A stretch of 57,550 nt of DNA from the NCBI GenBank assembly GCA_040235515.1, contig JBECKX010000129.1, positions 1 to 57,550 of the forward strand, given 5' to 3'. Origin of the DNA: Candidatus Zixiibacteriota bacterium (GTDB lineage Bacteria; Zixibacteria; MSB-5A5; CAIYYT01). Every line of letters begins with the position of its first letter. Positions within the stretch are counted from its first letter, which is position 1. Position numbers and translations under genes: made by a program. Below the pieces are notes generated by a model. The model did not search any database and had not been told where the DNA came from. It saw only the letters and a program-made list of their open reading frames with translations. This document shows positions 28,699 through 37,847 of this stretch, piece by piece.

Positions 28699-29570
28699 TT
28701 CTTCTTGAGATAGACATCCACCGGCAAACCGGGCTTGAAGCGACGTGATTCGTTTTCCACTTTCACTCGTACCGCGAATACCAGTTTCACTCGTTCCTTC
28801 TTTGTCTGGATGTTTTTCGGAGTGAACTCGGCATCCTGAGAGATGAAAGTGACCCTGCCGGTGTAGGGTTGATCGGGGGATGAGTCAAGGTGAACGCTGG
28901 CACTGTCACCGATCGCGACATGAGGCAGGTCGGCTTCACCGACATATATCTCCACCCACGTGTCTGACAGGTCAACCAGCTCGGCCAGCGTGCTGCCGGC
29001 TATCGCCAACTCGCCGACGCCGACCGGGTCCGCTTGCACGATGCCACTGATCGGCGAGGTGACCACGGTGTAGCTGATTTGCACTTCAAGTGTGTTGCGC
29101 TGCGCCTCGAGCTGTTCGATCCTGGCCGAGAGACTGCTGATCCGTGACCGCCCTGAATCGTAAGCTGCTTCTGCATCATCAAGCTTCGCGCGGGGCACGG
29201 AACCCACTTCGAAGGCATTCTTCAGTCGATCGAGGTTCTTCCGGGCATTCTCCAGCTCGATGCGTGCCGCCGATATCTCTGAGCGTATACTCGAAATCCC
29301 GGCCTCGATTTCACCGAATCGAGTTTGCAGCAGGTCGTCGTCGAGCAGAAACAGGGTATCTCCCGCAGCTACCTGATCCCCCTTGCGGATCCGTTTTTCC
29401 ACCACCTGTGCGGAAACCTGCGCCGACACCGCTACTTCGTTTGCTTCCACCGTCCCCGAGGAATAGATGACGCCATCGGGCAACTCCTGCGCCTGCTGGC
29501 GTGCGTAAATCAGAACAATCAGGATGACGGAAACAACTATGAGTATGGGGATAATGATTAGCTTTTTCAT
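28695..29570 (-). CDS. HlyD-family membrane fusion protein (YbhG-like)
   Basis: N-terminal TM, lipoyl half-motifs flanking a coiled coil, 'AEFTPKNIQT..ER..LVFAV'. Confidence 0.93.
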   Translation of the reverse strand: MKKLIIIPILIVVSVILIVLIYARQQAQELPDGVIYSSGTVEANEVAVSAQVSAQVVEKRIRKGDQVAAGDTLFLLDDDLLQTRFGEIEAGISSIRSEISAARIELENARKNLDRLKNAFEVGSVPRAKLDDAEAAYDSGRSRISSLSARIEQLEAQRNTLEVQISYTVVTSPISGIVQADPVGVGELAIAGSTLAELVDLSDTWVEIYVGEADLPHVAIGDSASVHLDSSPDQPYTGRVTFISQDAEFTPKNIQTKKERVKLVFAVRVKVENESRRFKPGLPVDVYLKKK

Positions 29571-29719
29571 GGCTCCCTCACTTGAACATCTGCCGGAACT
29601 AACGAGCCTCGATCATCTTCATCCGGGAATGATGATAAGATGTCTCAATGAGCACTCAAAGAGATTCATTTCCGCCCGCGCTCAACGACCCCGGTCGCCG
29701 CAAGCTGCTTCTCAAGTGG

Positions 29720-31105
29720 CTAGAATATCTTGTCTGGATTAACCAACTGGTCAGGATCGAACACCCCTTTGACTTCGCGCAGAAGTTCTAAGGTGGATCC
29801 CGATAGTTCCAGCGGCAAATGTTTGCGTTTGGTTATTCCGATCCCATGTTCGCCGGAGATCGTGCCATCGAGTTCGACCGCCAGGGAGAGGAGGTCGGCG
29901 GAGGCGGCATCAATTCTGCTCCGCACATCCTCGCTGTCTTCATCCGCCATCAGGTAGACATGCAGGTTGCCATCCCCGGCGTGACCGAACGAGAGGACGC
30001 GCAACTCATGTTTCTTTCCAAGTTCGACGACCAGATCCATCAGCCGTGGAAACTGCGAGGGTGGAACGCAGACATCCTCACATAGTCGCACCGGTGCAGA
30101 TTCAGAGACCGCGGGAGAGATCGACCTGCGCAGGGTCCATAGTTGCTCCCGCCGCTGCGGATCGCTGGAGGATTCGTACTCAAGCGGATTGTTGCCCAGT
30201 ATGATCGGTTCCAGCGCGCCCTCTTCAACAGCGATTGATTCCGGGGTTCCATCAAGCTCCAATACCAGCGCAGCTTCAGGACGTTGTGTCTCACCCCAGC
30301 CGAGATAGTCGAGCGCCAGCTTTGCCGCATCCCCGTCCATGAATTCCAGCACGGCAGGCACCACTCCAGACCCCATAATCCCGGCAACCACCTTTGCGGC
30401 GTCGCGCTGGCTGCCGAAACTCATGAAGAATGTCTTGCGGGCGGTCGGTGGTTCGATCAATTGCAGTGCGATCCTGGTGATGAACGCGAGTGTCCCCTCG
30501 GAGCCGACCAGCAGTCCGGTAAGATCATGCGGCTCATCTGGCGAAAAGCAGCCCGTCCGGATCAACTCACCGTTGATGTCGCACGCTTCAAGCCCGAGAA
30601 CGTAATCACGGGTGACGCCGTATTTCTTGCACTGCAAACCACCGGCACATTCGGCGACATTGCCGCCGATCGTCGATTCTTTCAGGGAGGCCGGATCGGG
30701 GGGATAGAACAACCCGGCTTCGATTGCGGCATCCGCCAGGGCCTGGGTGATTACACCGGGCTCCACGATTGCCAACCGCCGCAGCGGGTCTATCTCGATG
30801 ATCCGATTGAGCAGCGCCAGTGAGACGACGATTCCGCCACGTTCGGCAACGGCGCCGCCGGTAAGGCCGGTGCCCGCTCCACGCGGAATGAGCGGGACTC
30901 GATTGCGCCGCGCAAGCTCGCACAGCTTTGGCAGTTGCGCGACTTCCGTGACTTCAACCGCCGCGAGGGGAACACGACTGATCCGGATGGCATCCACGTG
31001 GCAGGCGCGGAAAAAATCGTCGTCAATATGAAGATGTCTCTCGCCGACGATCGCGACGAGAGACATGTACAATTGACTTGATCTGTCGAGCGGAGCAACC
31101 GGCAT
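29720..31105 (-). CDS. FAD-linked oxidase, GlcD/D-lactate dehydrogenase family
   Basis: 'PRGAGTGLTGG', 'YPPDPAS', 'TIGGNVAECAGG', 'GSEGTL', 'GHAGDGNLH', 'SGEHGIG', 'FDP..LVNPDK'. Confidence 0.92.
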   Translation of the reverse strand: MPVAPLDRSSQLYMSLVAIVGERHLHIDDDFFRACHVDAIRISRVPLAAVEVTEVAQLPKLCELARRNRVPLIPRGAGTGLTGGAVAERGGIVVSLALLNRIIEIDPLRRLAIVEPGVITQALADAAIEAGLFYPPDPASLKESTIGGNVAECAGGLQCKKYGVTRDYVLGLEACDINGELIRTGCFSPDEPHDLTGLLVGSEGTLAFITRIALQLIEPPTARKTFFMSFGSQRDAAKVVAGIMGSGVVPAVLEFMDGDAAKLALDYLGWGETQRPEAALVLELDGTPESIAVEEGALEPIILGNNPLEYESSSDPQRREQLWTLRRSISPAVSESAPVRLCEDVCVPPSQFPRLMDLVVELGKKHELRVLSFGHAGDGNLHVYLMADEDSEDVRSRIDAASADLLSLAVELDGTISGEHGIGITKRKHLPLELSGSTLELLREVKGVFDPDQLVNPDKIF

Positions 31106-31428
31106 TACTCGCCACCGGCTGCAGCACTTCGTTTCCTGGCGGAACTGTCCGTGGAACTCTCTGACTTCGAAGAAGACTCCGACGATTTCGAATCGGACTT
31201 CGATTCAGACTTGGACTCCACAGAACCGGTGGCCTCACTCGAATGAGACTTCTTGTAATCGGTGATGTAAAAGCCGGTTCCTTTGAAGATCAAACCGACG
31301 CCACCGGTGATGACGCGCATCACCACGCCGCCACATTCAGGGCAGGTCTTAACTGGAGGGTCAGATATCTTCTGAAACTCCTCGAACTCATGCTTGCAGG
31401 TCTGACATCTGTACCAGTATGTTGGCAT
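31105..31428 (-). CDS. FmdB-family zinc-ribbon protein with Ser/Lys-rich tail
   Basis: 'MPTYWYRCQTC..FE..Q.....CPECGG...FKGTGFYITDY'. Start set at MPTY. Confidence 0.9.
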   Translation of the reverse strand: MPTYWYRCQTCKHEFEEFQKISDPPVKTCPECGGVVMRVITGGVGLIFKGTGFYITDYKKSHSSEATGSVESKSESKSDSKSSESSSKSESSTDSSARKRSAAAGGE

Positions 31429-31476
31429 CAAGATTCCTCTCAAAAATGTACGTCATTCGATCAGTACTCTGATTTC

Positions 31477-32472
31477 TTACAGCTGACTCATCGTCATCGC
31501 GATCGCGGTTACATTGACGATATCATCGACGGAACAACCACGGGAAAGGTCGTTCACCGGCTTGGCCATGCCCTGGACGATCGGTCCGATCGCTTCTGCG
31601 TTGGCCAGGCGCTGCACCAATTTATACGCAATATTGCCCGCGTCAAGGTCAGGAAATATCAACACATTTGCTCTACCTTCAATCACCGACCCCGGCGCCT
31701 TGCGCTGCTGGATATCGGGTATAACGGCGGCATCGACCTGAAGTTCACCATCAATCTTCAATTTCGGATCGATCTTCTTCGCCAGCTCGAACGCCTCGGT
31801 TACCTTGTCGATATCGGGATGCTTGGCCGAGCCCTTAGTCGAAAACGACAGCATCGCGACCCGCGGCTCTTCATCCATCAGCGCCTTGTAGGATCTGGCC
31901 GTCGCTACCGCTATGCCGGCGAGTTGTTCAGCGGTCGGATTCGGCACCACCGCACCATCCGCGAAGAAAAAGACCTTCTCCTTCTCACCGCGAAACTCGG
32001 GCAACACCATCATGAAGAATGAGGAGACCGCGGAAATTCCTTCCGCCAGCCCGACGACATGGATACCGGCGCGGATGACATCTCCGGTCGTGTTGAGCGC
32101 ACCGGCCACTGAACCGTCAACGATTCCCTCCCGCACCAGCATCGCTCCCCAGTAGAGTGGTTGCTGCATCAGGCTACGCGCCTGGTCCGGGGTTACGCCC
32201 TTGTGCTTGCGCATCTCGTGGAACCTGGCGGCGAATGCGGCCAGGTTTTCTGACTTCGCCGGATCATGAAGAGTGCATTTGCCGAGATCGAGCCCATGCT
32301 CATCGGCGAGCTTCTTGACTGCGTCGGTTGCACCGACCAGGTGCACATGCGCGATCCCTTGTTCGGTTACAATCTTCGCGGCTTTGATCGAACGTGGTTC
32401 TTCACCTTCAGGGTAAACCACCCGTCGCTTAAGTGAAATGGCTTTATCAATGAACTTTTGAGTGACAGACAT
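31477..32472 (-). CDS. pta: Phosphate acetyltransferase
   Basis: 'YPEGEEPR', 'SSFFMM', '[10 protein letters not shown]', 'DGELQVDAA', '[12 protein letters not shown]', '[10 protein letters not shown]'. Confidence 0.96.
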   Translation of the reverse strand: MSVTQKFIDKAISLKRRVVYPEGEEPRSIKAAKIVTEQGIAHVHLVGATDAVKKLADEHGLDLGKCTLHDPAKSENLAAFAARFHEMRKHKGVTPDQARSLMQQPLYWGAMLVREGIVDGSVAGALNTTGDVIRAGIHVVGLAEGISAVSSFFMMVLPEFRGEKEKVFFFADGAVVPNPTAEQLAGIAVATARSYKALMDEEPRVAMLSFSTKGSAKHPDIDKVTEAFELAKKIDPKLKIDGELQVDAAVIPDIQQRKAPGSVIEGRANVLIFPDLDAGNIAYKLVQRLANAEAIGPIVQGMAKPVNDLSRGCSVDDIVNVTAIAMTMSQL

Positions 32473-32517
32473 TACAGACCTCCGGCACGAACCCGTGCCA
32501 ATGGTGCACTTTCGAGG

Positions 32518-33604
32518 CTATTCGCCCTTCCAGTTTAAGTAGGCAGAAATGAATCCGTCAATGTCACCATCCATCACCGACACGGTATCGCTTGTCTCGT
32601 GTCCGGTACGATGATCCTTGACGAGGTTATAGGGGTGGAACACATACGAACGTATCTGGCTACCCCATTCAATTTTCTTTTTCGATTTGGCGTATTCCTC
32701 GAGCTTCTTGTCTTCCTCTTCACGCGCTTTTTGATAAAGCCGCGCGCGCAGCACCTTCATCGCCGATTCGCGGTTCTTGATCTGCGAACGCTCCGACTGA
32801 CACTGCACCACGATCCCTGACGGTTCGTGCGTGATCCTCACTGCCGAGGAGGTCTTGTTTACATGCTGTCCGCCGGCACCCGAAGCACGATAGGTGTCGA
32901 TGCGCAAGTCATCGGGCTTGATCTCGATCTCGATATCCTCGCCCACTTCCGGGTAGACGAAAACCGATGCGAAGGACGTATGCCGGCGCTGGTTCGAGTC
33001 GAAGGGTGAAATGCGAACCAGGCGATGTACCCCTGATTCCGATTTCAAGTAGCCGTAAGCGTAGTCACCCTTGATTTCGATGGTGGCGGACTTGAGACCG
33101 GCTTCATCACCTGCCTGCTCATCGATAATATCCGCCGTGAATCCTTCGCGCTCGCTCCAGCGAAGGTAGAGCCGCATCAACATCTGCGCCCAATCCTGCG
33201 ATTCAGTGCCCCCGGCTCCCGGGTGGATGCTCAAGATAGCATCGCGGGGATCATCGCGGTCGGAGAGCAGGGTGCGCAACTCGAAGTCATCGAGCTTCTT
33301 GGCGAATTCGGCGTGGGTCTTGTCAAGCTCAGCCGCCAATTCGGCGTCATCCGCCGCAAGCTCCTCGGCAGTTTGCAGGTCACCCAGCATCTCTTCCAGC
33401 TTGCGCGTCTCTTCCAGCCACTTTTTCTCGATTGAGATTTCTTTCAGAATCGCTTGGGCTTTGTCCTGGTTGGCCCAGAAATTCTCGGCCAGGGTTTGCT
33501 CCTGCAGTTCCTTGACTTTCTTCGACTTGCTGTCGAGGTCAAAGATACTCCTTTAGCTGCTCAAACCGCGCAGCTAAATCATCAATGGGGGCTAATTCGG
33601 TCAA
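32518..33604 (-). CDS. prfB: Peptide chain release factor 2 with programmed +1 frameshift (about 361 aa)
   Basis: GGAGGAG then TTG start at 33604, 21 codons to CTT-TGA-C, then the +1 frame with 'SPF' and 'GAGGQHVN'. Confidence 0.96.
33538..33553 (-). promoter_or_regulatory. prfB +1 frameshift site AAGGAG-TAT-CTT-TGA-C
   Basis: Canonical CTTTGAC slip site with an internal Shine-Dalgarno 3 nt upstream. Confidence 0.95.
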
Positions 33605-33637
33605 CTCTCCTCCAAATTCCGATTGCTATCGGGCGTA

Positions 33638-33665
33638 ATTATAGTTGTTTATAAGGCTATGTCAA
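33638..33665 (-). promoter_or_regulatory. Sigma70 promoter for prfB: TTGACA-N16-TATAAT
   Basis: Both hexamers are perfect consensus on the minus strand, in the divergent prfB/rlmN gap. Confidence 0.75.
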
Positions 33666-33678
33666 CAACGAGTCAACT

Positions 33679-34848
33679 ATGACCAATACGTCGAAAATCA
33701 ACATATTCGGGTACTCGCTGAAACAACTGGAGGACCTGCTGGAGCAGGAGGGGGAGAAGCGTTTCCGCGGGCGGCAGATTTTCCAGTGGATCTACCAGAA
33801 GGAAGTCTTCTCGTTCGAGGAGATGACCAACCTCAACAGCCCGCTGCGCGACAAACTGGCTGCGAAGTTCCGGATTACGCTGCCCGAAATCGCCGGCGAT
33901 CAGATCGATCCGGAGGATGGCACCCGCAAATTCCTCGTCCGCTGCGAGGATGGCGCACTGGTCGAGATGGTGCTGATCCCGATCCGTGATCGGTTGGCGC
34001 TTTGCGTGTCAAGCCAGGTGGGTTGTACGATCGGTTGCAAATTCTGCGCTACCGGCCTGGTTGGGTTCAAGCGTAATCTCACGGCAGGGGAAATGATCGG
34101 CCAATTCGTGCTTGCCAGACGCAACACCGGTAGTAAAGAATTGCAGAATGTCGTGATGATGGGAATGGGCGAGCCGCTGCTCAATATGGATAACCTGATC
34201 AGCATGATCGAAACAGTCTCGAGCGAGATGGGGTTGGGTTTCTCGGCGCGACGGTTTACGATTTCGACGGTGGGTCTGATCGACGAAGTTCGCAAGCTGA
34301 CTCAGTATGGAATAAAGGCTGGCTTTGCCTTGTCGCTGCACGCACCTTTTCAAGCGTTGCGCGAGCGGTTGATTCCGTCAGCCAAGGATAATCCGCTCGC
34401 TGAGTTGATTCCGGCGTGTCGTGACTATATCCAGCAGGCAGGGGACAGGGTAACGCTCGAGTATATCCTGATTGATGGCATCACCGACACGATGGAGTGC
34501 GCCAAGGGACTGGCTGACCTGACCCGGCAGCTGCCGTGCAAGATCAATCTAATCCCATACAACCCGATTATCGATCAGAAGGGTGAACCGCTGGCGCCGA
34601 TCAAGCAGGTCAAGAAGGGGCGTCTTGCGGAACTAAGGGGCGGGAAGACCTCACGCAAAGCTGACAAGCTCAAGCCATTCGAACCGCATGAATTCAGAAC
34701 ACCCCCGCAGGAACGGATCGATGCCTTCCGCGAGTATCTATATCCGCGCTGCCCGGCGGTGACACTGCGCACTCCGAAAGGCCGCAGCATCGCTGCAGCC
34801 TGCGGTCAGTTAGTGGCACAGGTGCAGCGATTTGATAAGGCGGTGTAG
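33679..34848 (+). CDS. rlmN: 23S rRNA A2503/tRNA A37 C2-methyltransferase RlmN (radical SAM)
   Basis: 'CVSSQVGCTIGCKFCATG', 'MGMGEPL', 'SLHAP', 'EYIL', 'NLIPYNP', 'AACGQL'. Confidence 0.95.
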   Translation: MTNTSKINIFGYSLKQLEDLLEQEGEKRFRGRQIFQWIYQKEVFSFEEMTNLNSPLRDKLAAKFRITLPEIAGDQIDPEDGTRKFLVRCEDGALVEMVLIPIRDRLALCVSSQVGCTIGCKFCATGLVGFKRNLTAGEMIGQFVLARRNTGSKELQNVVMMGMGEPLLNMDNLISMIETVSSEMGLGFSARRFTISTVGLIDEVRKLTQYGIKAGFALSLHAPFQALRERLIPSAKDNPLAELIPACRDYIQQAGDRVTLEYILIDGITDTMECAKGLADLTRQLPCKINLIPYNPIIDQKGEPLAPIKQVKKGRLAELRGGKTSRKADKLKPFEPHEFRTPPQERIDAFREYLYPRCPAVTLRTPKGRSIAAACGQLVAQVQRFDKAV

Positions 34849-34912
34849 GGGTACACTCCTCTCAAGAGGGGATTTTGGACGGTGCTTTACTCAAGAGCGG
34901 GCAGAACTCGCG

Positions 34913-35020
34913 GTGCACGAGGACGTACACCGCGCACGGACGCACGTGGATGTGCACCGCGCGCGGACGCACGCGGAGATACACCGCGCAAGGGTGCACG
35001 AAGAGATACACCGAACAAGG
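34913..35020 (+). repeat. Four imperfect 27-bp tandem repeats
   Basis: gtgcacgaggacgtacaccgcgcacgg / acgcacgtggatgtgcaccgcgcgcgg / acgcacgcggagatacaccgcgcaagg / gtgcacgaagagatacaccgaacaagg. Confidence 0.9.
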
Positions 35021-35069
35021 AAATGACAGCGTGAAGATCACCCAACTCCGTGCAGCTTAACTTGAGCGA

Positions 35070-35276
35070 GTCATTCCCTCGCAAGCGGGATTCCAGATTG
35101 TCTCCAATGCAGCGCGCCGCTTTTAGTAGGGCCGAATCTATTCGGCCACTGCATCGCGACCGAACGGAAGCGTCATACCGGCGCAAGCCGGTATCCAGTC
35201 CGACATCTTTCTGAATCGTCAAAGACAAGCTCAGCGCAAAGACTTGAGACTGGGCACCGGCTTGCGCCGGTGAGAC
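35070..35276. repeat. GTCAT-type REP-like palindromes, including an inverted pair
   Basis: GTCATTCCCTCGCAAGCGGGATTCCAG (35070-35096); GTCATACCGGCGCAAGCCGGTATCCAG (35172-35198) and its inverted partner CTGGGCACCGGCTTGCGCCGGTGAGAC (35250-35276). Confidence 0.8.
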
Positions 35277-35645
35277 CGTAGCTACGAATCTGCGGTGATC
35301 AGCATCGATCCTCGCCACGAGTTGATATGCGCAGGAGGACAGACATTCCTGTCTGTCATCGCACCTACGGTGCGAATCGTGAGGATACCCCCCGTCTCCC
35401 GATCTGCTGCGGCGGACCGGTATCCACTACTATCAAGAGCGGATATTTTAGAGCGCACGCAGGTTACTGTAGGGGCGAGTGGTACTCGCCCAAGATCGAC
35501 GGATCATATTGATGCGGTGGGCGAATGCCATTCGCCCCTACACATGTTGCCCGCTTATGCAGTTAGTCAAGTTCGCGAAAGGTACCCCACAGCTTGCTGT
35601 GGGGCAAGTGTTTCGATGTCGGGTTTGTGGCAAACCCGACCTACA
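35126..35645. repeat. GTAG/GGAG-type REP-like palindromes of several different sequences
   Basis: GTAG-GGCCGAAT-CT-ATTCGGCC (35126-35147); GGAG-GACAGACA-TTCC-TGTCTGTC (35334-35357); inverted pair TGTAGGGGCGAGTGGTACTCGCCC (35468-35491) / GGGCGAATGCCATTCGCCCCTACA (35519-35542); CCCCACAGC-TT-GCTGTGGGG (35585-35604); GTCGGGTTTG-TGG-CAAACCCGAC-CTAC (35618-35644). Confidence 0.8.
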
Positions 35646-35656
35646 CGCACTGACAC

Positions 35657-36217
35657 TCACACCCGCAACATCCCCCGAAATCCGCGTGCGGCATAATATG
35701 ACTGTGCACCATTGTGGTAGGTAAATACGTGGTCATAACGGCGGTCGCAAAAGATTGATCCACCCAGTTTCCGAATTGAAGCAGGTGTCAGCACCCAGCT
35801 CGAAGTCTTCAAATCGAATTCACCCAGCTTCTGCAATTCACGATACTGATCCTCGGTGAGCAACTCTATCCCCATTGCGGCTGCCGTATCTACAGCATTA
35901 CCCTTGGGCTTGTGCTCTTTGCGTTCATCCAGAGCCTTCTTGTCGTAGCAGAGGCTGCGACGTCCTTTAGGACTCTCCGGAGAACAATCGTAGAAAACAA
36001 ACTCTCCTGATTTCTTGTCATGCCCGACGACATCGGGCTCGCCGCCGGTGCGCTCCATTTCATGGAGTGTCCAGAGCTTGTCTGGGTTTGCCTCTAGTCG
36101 AGCTTGCACCTTTGCCCATTCGAGGCCACTGTGTCGCTGCATGTTCTTCTCGAAACGGGCTTTCAAAGTCGCGAGGAGATCGTCAGATTGTTTGGTGGTG
36201 ATTTTGTTCTTTGCCAT
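35657..36217 (-). CDS. DUF4256 domain protein
   Basis: 'LKARFEKNMQRH..LEW..V', 'EMERTGGEPDVV', 'DCSPESPKGRRSLCYD', 'FDLKTSSW', 'YHNGAQSYYAARGFRGMLRV'. Start set at MAKNK. Confidence 0.85.
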   Translation of the reverse strand: MAKNKITTKQSDDLLATLKARFEKNMQRHSGLEWAKVQARLEANPDKLWTLHEMERTGGEPDVVGHDKKSGEFVFYDCSPESPKGRRSLCYDKKALDERKEHKPKGNAVDTAAAMGIELLTEDQYRELQKLGEFDLKTSSWVLTPASIRKLGGSIFCDRRYDHVFTYHNGAQSYYAARGFRGMLRV

Positions 36218-36332
36218 CTGAGCTATCCCGGGATGTTGAATTCTGACCGACTGTTTTTTATGCAAGAATACGGCCAGGGACAATTTCTGACCGTGTGCTT
36301 TTACGGCTGGCTTGAAACGAGTATGAAAAAAC

Positions 36333-36417
<85 letters not shown>

Positions 36418-36563
36418 ATTATCGGTGGATCACCAATATAGAGATGCCCGATTTGCGCGCAAGCGGAAAATGGGGGCAGGAATCTCTCTGGCTCGTAGCA
36501 CAGGCACACAATCCGAGTCGGCGCGCCGACCGGTACGCAGGATCAGTAAAACGATTGAGTTTG

Positions 36564-36687
36564 GTAGGTCATGCCCTCCTGGGGCATGACATTCCAGCAA
36601 TCGCTGGCGAGCAGTCAATCCTCAAGAAGGCTTGATCTACACACTTCTCCCCTCGCCTTCGAGAGGGAGAGGGACCGGGGGTGAGGG
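36564..36687. repeat. Two further REP-like elements
   Basis: GTAG-GTCATGCCC-TCCTG-GGGCATGAC (36564-36590) and CTCCCCTCGCCTTCGAGAGGGAGAGGGACCGGGGGTGAGGG (36647-36687). Confidence 0.7.
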
Positions 36688-36755
36688 TGCGTTCGAATAA
36701 TCACTGCGGTGGTGGTTATCGTGCCTGCATTTCCGACTGCGCTCTAGCTGCGCCA

Positions 36756-37847
36756 CTACTGTCTGACTGCAGTCGACAACGTATAGCGTACTATCCGGTT
36801 GTTGCCGGTGTCGGCGATGTATATGATGCCGTCGAGGTAATCGATCCCGCCAGGGAGATTGAACTGGCGCTCACCTGATCCATTTGTACCGAAGGAGAGC
36901 AGATGTTCTCCGCGCCGATTAAATTTGTGGAAATAGAGATTGGCGTTGAGCAGCGGATCAAGCTTCTGCAGGATTACATAGAAATTGGAGCGCTCATCGA
37001 CCGCGACATCTTTGAACCCGCGATGATTGAATCTCACCAGCGGCGGCAGCGTATCAGCCTCCGTCTCCAGATTGAACAGCGGCACACCGGCAGGCAGAGT
37101 GAGTGGCTGAACCCCCAGATTGCCGTAACCCTGTCCATACACCAGATATTTGAAGCCCGCGATCTCGTAATAGCAAAGGTCAACCGGGTATTCGGTTACG
37201 CCGACGCCACGCCCTTTCTCAATCAGAGTGCCGATCGGCTGGTCGATACCGCTGAATTGCCTGATTTCGTCACGCACGAAATCCGCGACATAGTAATCCT
37301 TCGTTGTCGTCAGCGGTGACTCTACACTCCAGAACTCCGCCTCGATCGGCCGGAAACCGCCCTGCACCTGCACTGAATCGTAGGGAGATTCCGCCCGCCA
37401 CACTACCTCAAACTCACCATTTTCGGAGTGGTCACGACGGTAGATAGCATTACCGTAGAAAGTCGTATCGGTGCGATCGGGACTGATTACCATATAGTTG
37501 CCACAGACCGCAATCAGGTCGAACGCCAGATCCTGAGTCACCGCGACAGGGTGGACAATCGAGTATTGCTCGACAAATTCTCCGGTTTCGGTGAGTTTGA
37601 CGATCCGATCATTGTCAGTATCGCAGACGTAGAGGAATCGGTCATAGCCGACTACGATGTCGTTCGGATTGGCGAAGTTGAGGCCGTTGGCTGATGTCCA
37701 GTTGGGTGTCACCAAAACATAGGAAGTATCAAAGCTGCCTCCGGAAGTCGGCTCGGGCAGGTCATTCGGGAACTTGAACTTGTCCGAGCAGGCGAGTAGA
37801 ACAAGCACGACGACAACCGTGCAGCTGACAATCAACGCGCGTCTCAT
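36756..37847 (-). CDS. Lipoprotein with NHL-repeat beta-propeller
   Basis: Lipobox 'LLAC' after a hydrophobic signal; NHL motifs 'FANPNDIVV..LYVCDTDNDRI', 'FNLPGGI..IYIADTGNNRI'. TGATG coupling to the receptor gene. Confidence 0.85.
   Translation of the reverse strand: MRRALIVSCTVVVVLVLLACSDKFKFPNDLPEPTSGGSFDTSYVLVTPNWTSANGLNFANPNDIVVGYDRFLYVCDTDNDRIVKLTETGEFVEQYSIVHPVAVTQDLAFDLIAVCGNYMVISPDRTDTTFYGNAIYRRDHSENGEFEVVWRAESPYDSVQVQGGFRPIEAEFWSVESPLTTTKDYYVADFVRDEIRQFSGIDQPIGTLIEKGRGVGVTEYPVDLCYYEIAGFKYLVYGQGYGNLGVQPLTLPAGVPLFNLETEADTLPPLVRFNHRGFKDVAVDERSNFYVILQKLDPLLNANLYFHKFNRRGEHLLSFGTNGSGERQFNLPGGIDYLDGIIYIADTGNNRIVRYTLSTAVRQ

Noticed and set aside
31130-31250. Short repeats in the FmdB tail
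   Set aside because: Ordinary Ser/Lys/Glu low-complexity tail common in this family.
32518-33604. prfB as a pseudogene or sequencing frameshift
   Set aside because: The break is the canonical programmed CTTTGAC site with an internal Shine-Dalgarno.
34857-35645. CRISPR array
   Set aside because: The palindromes differ from one another, spacing is irregular, and no cas genes are present.
34887-35724. ORFs of 60-143 aa across the REP cluster (34887-35318, 35295-35696 and others)
   Set aside because: They are translations of palindromic repeats with no protein motifs.
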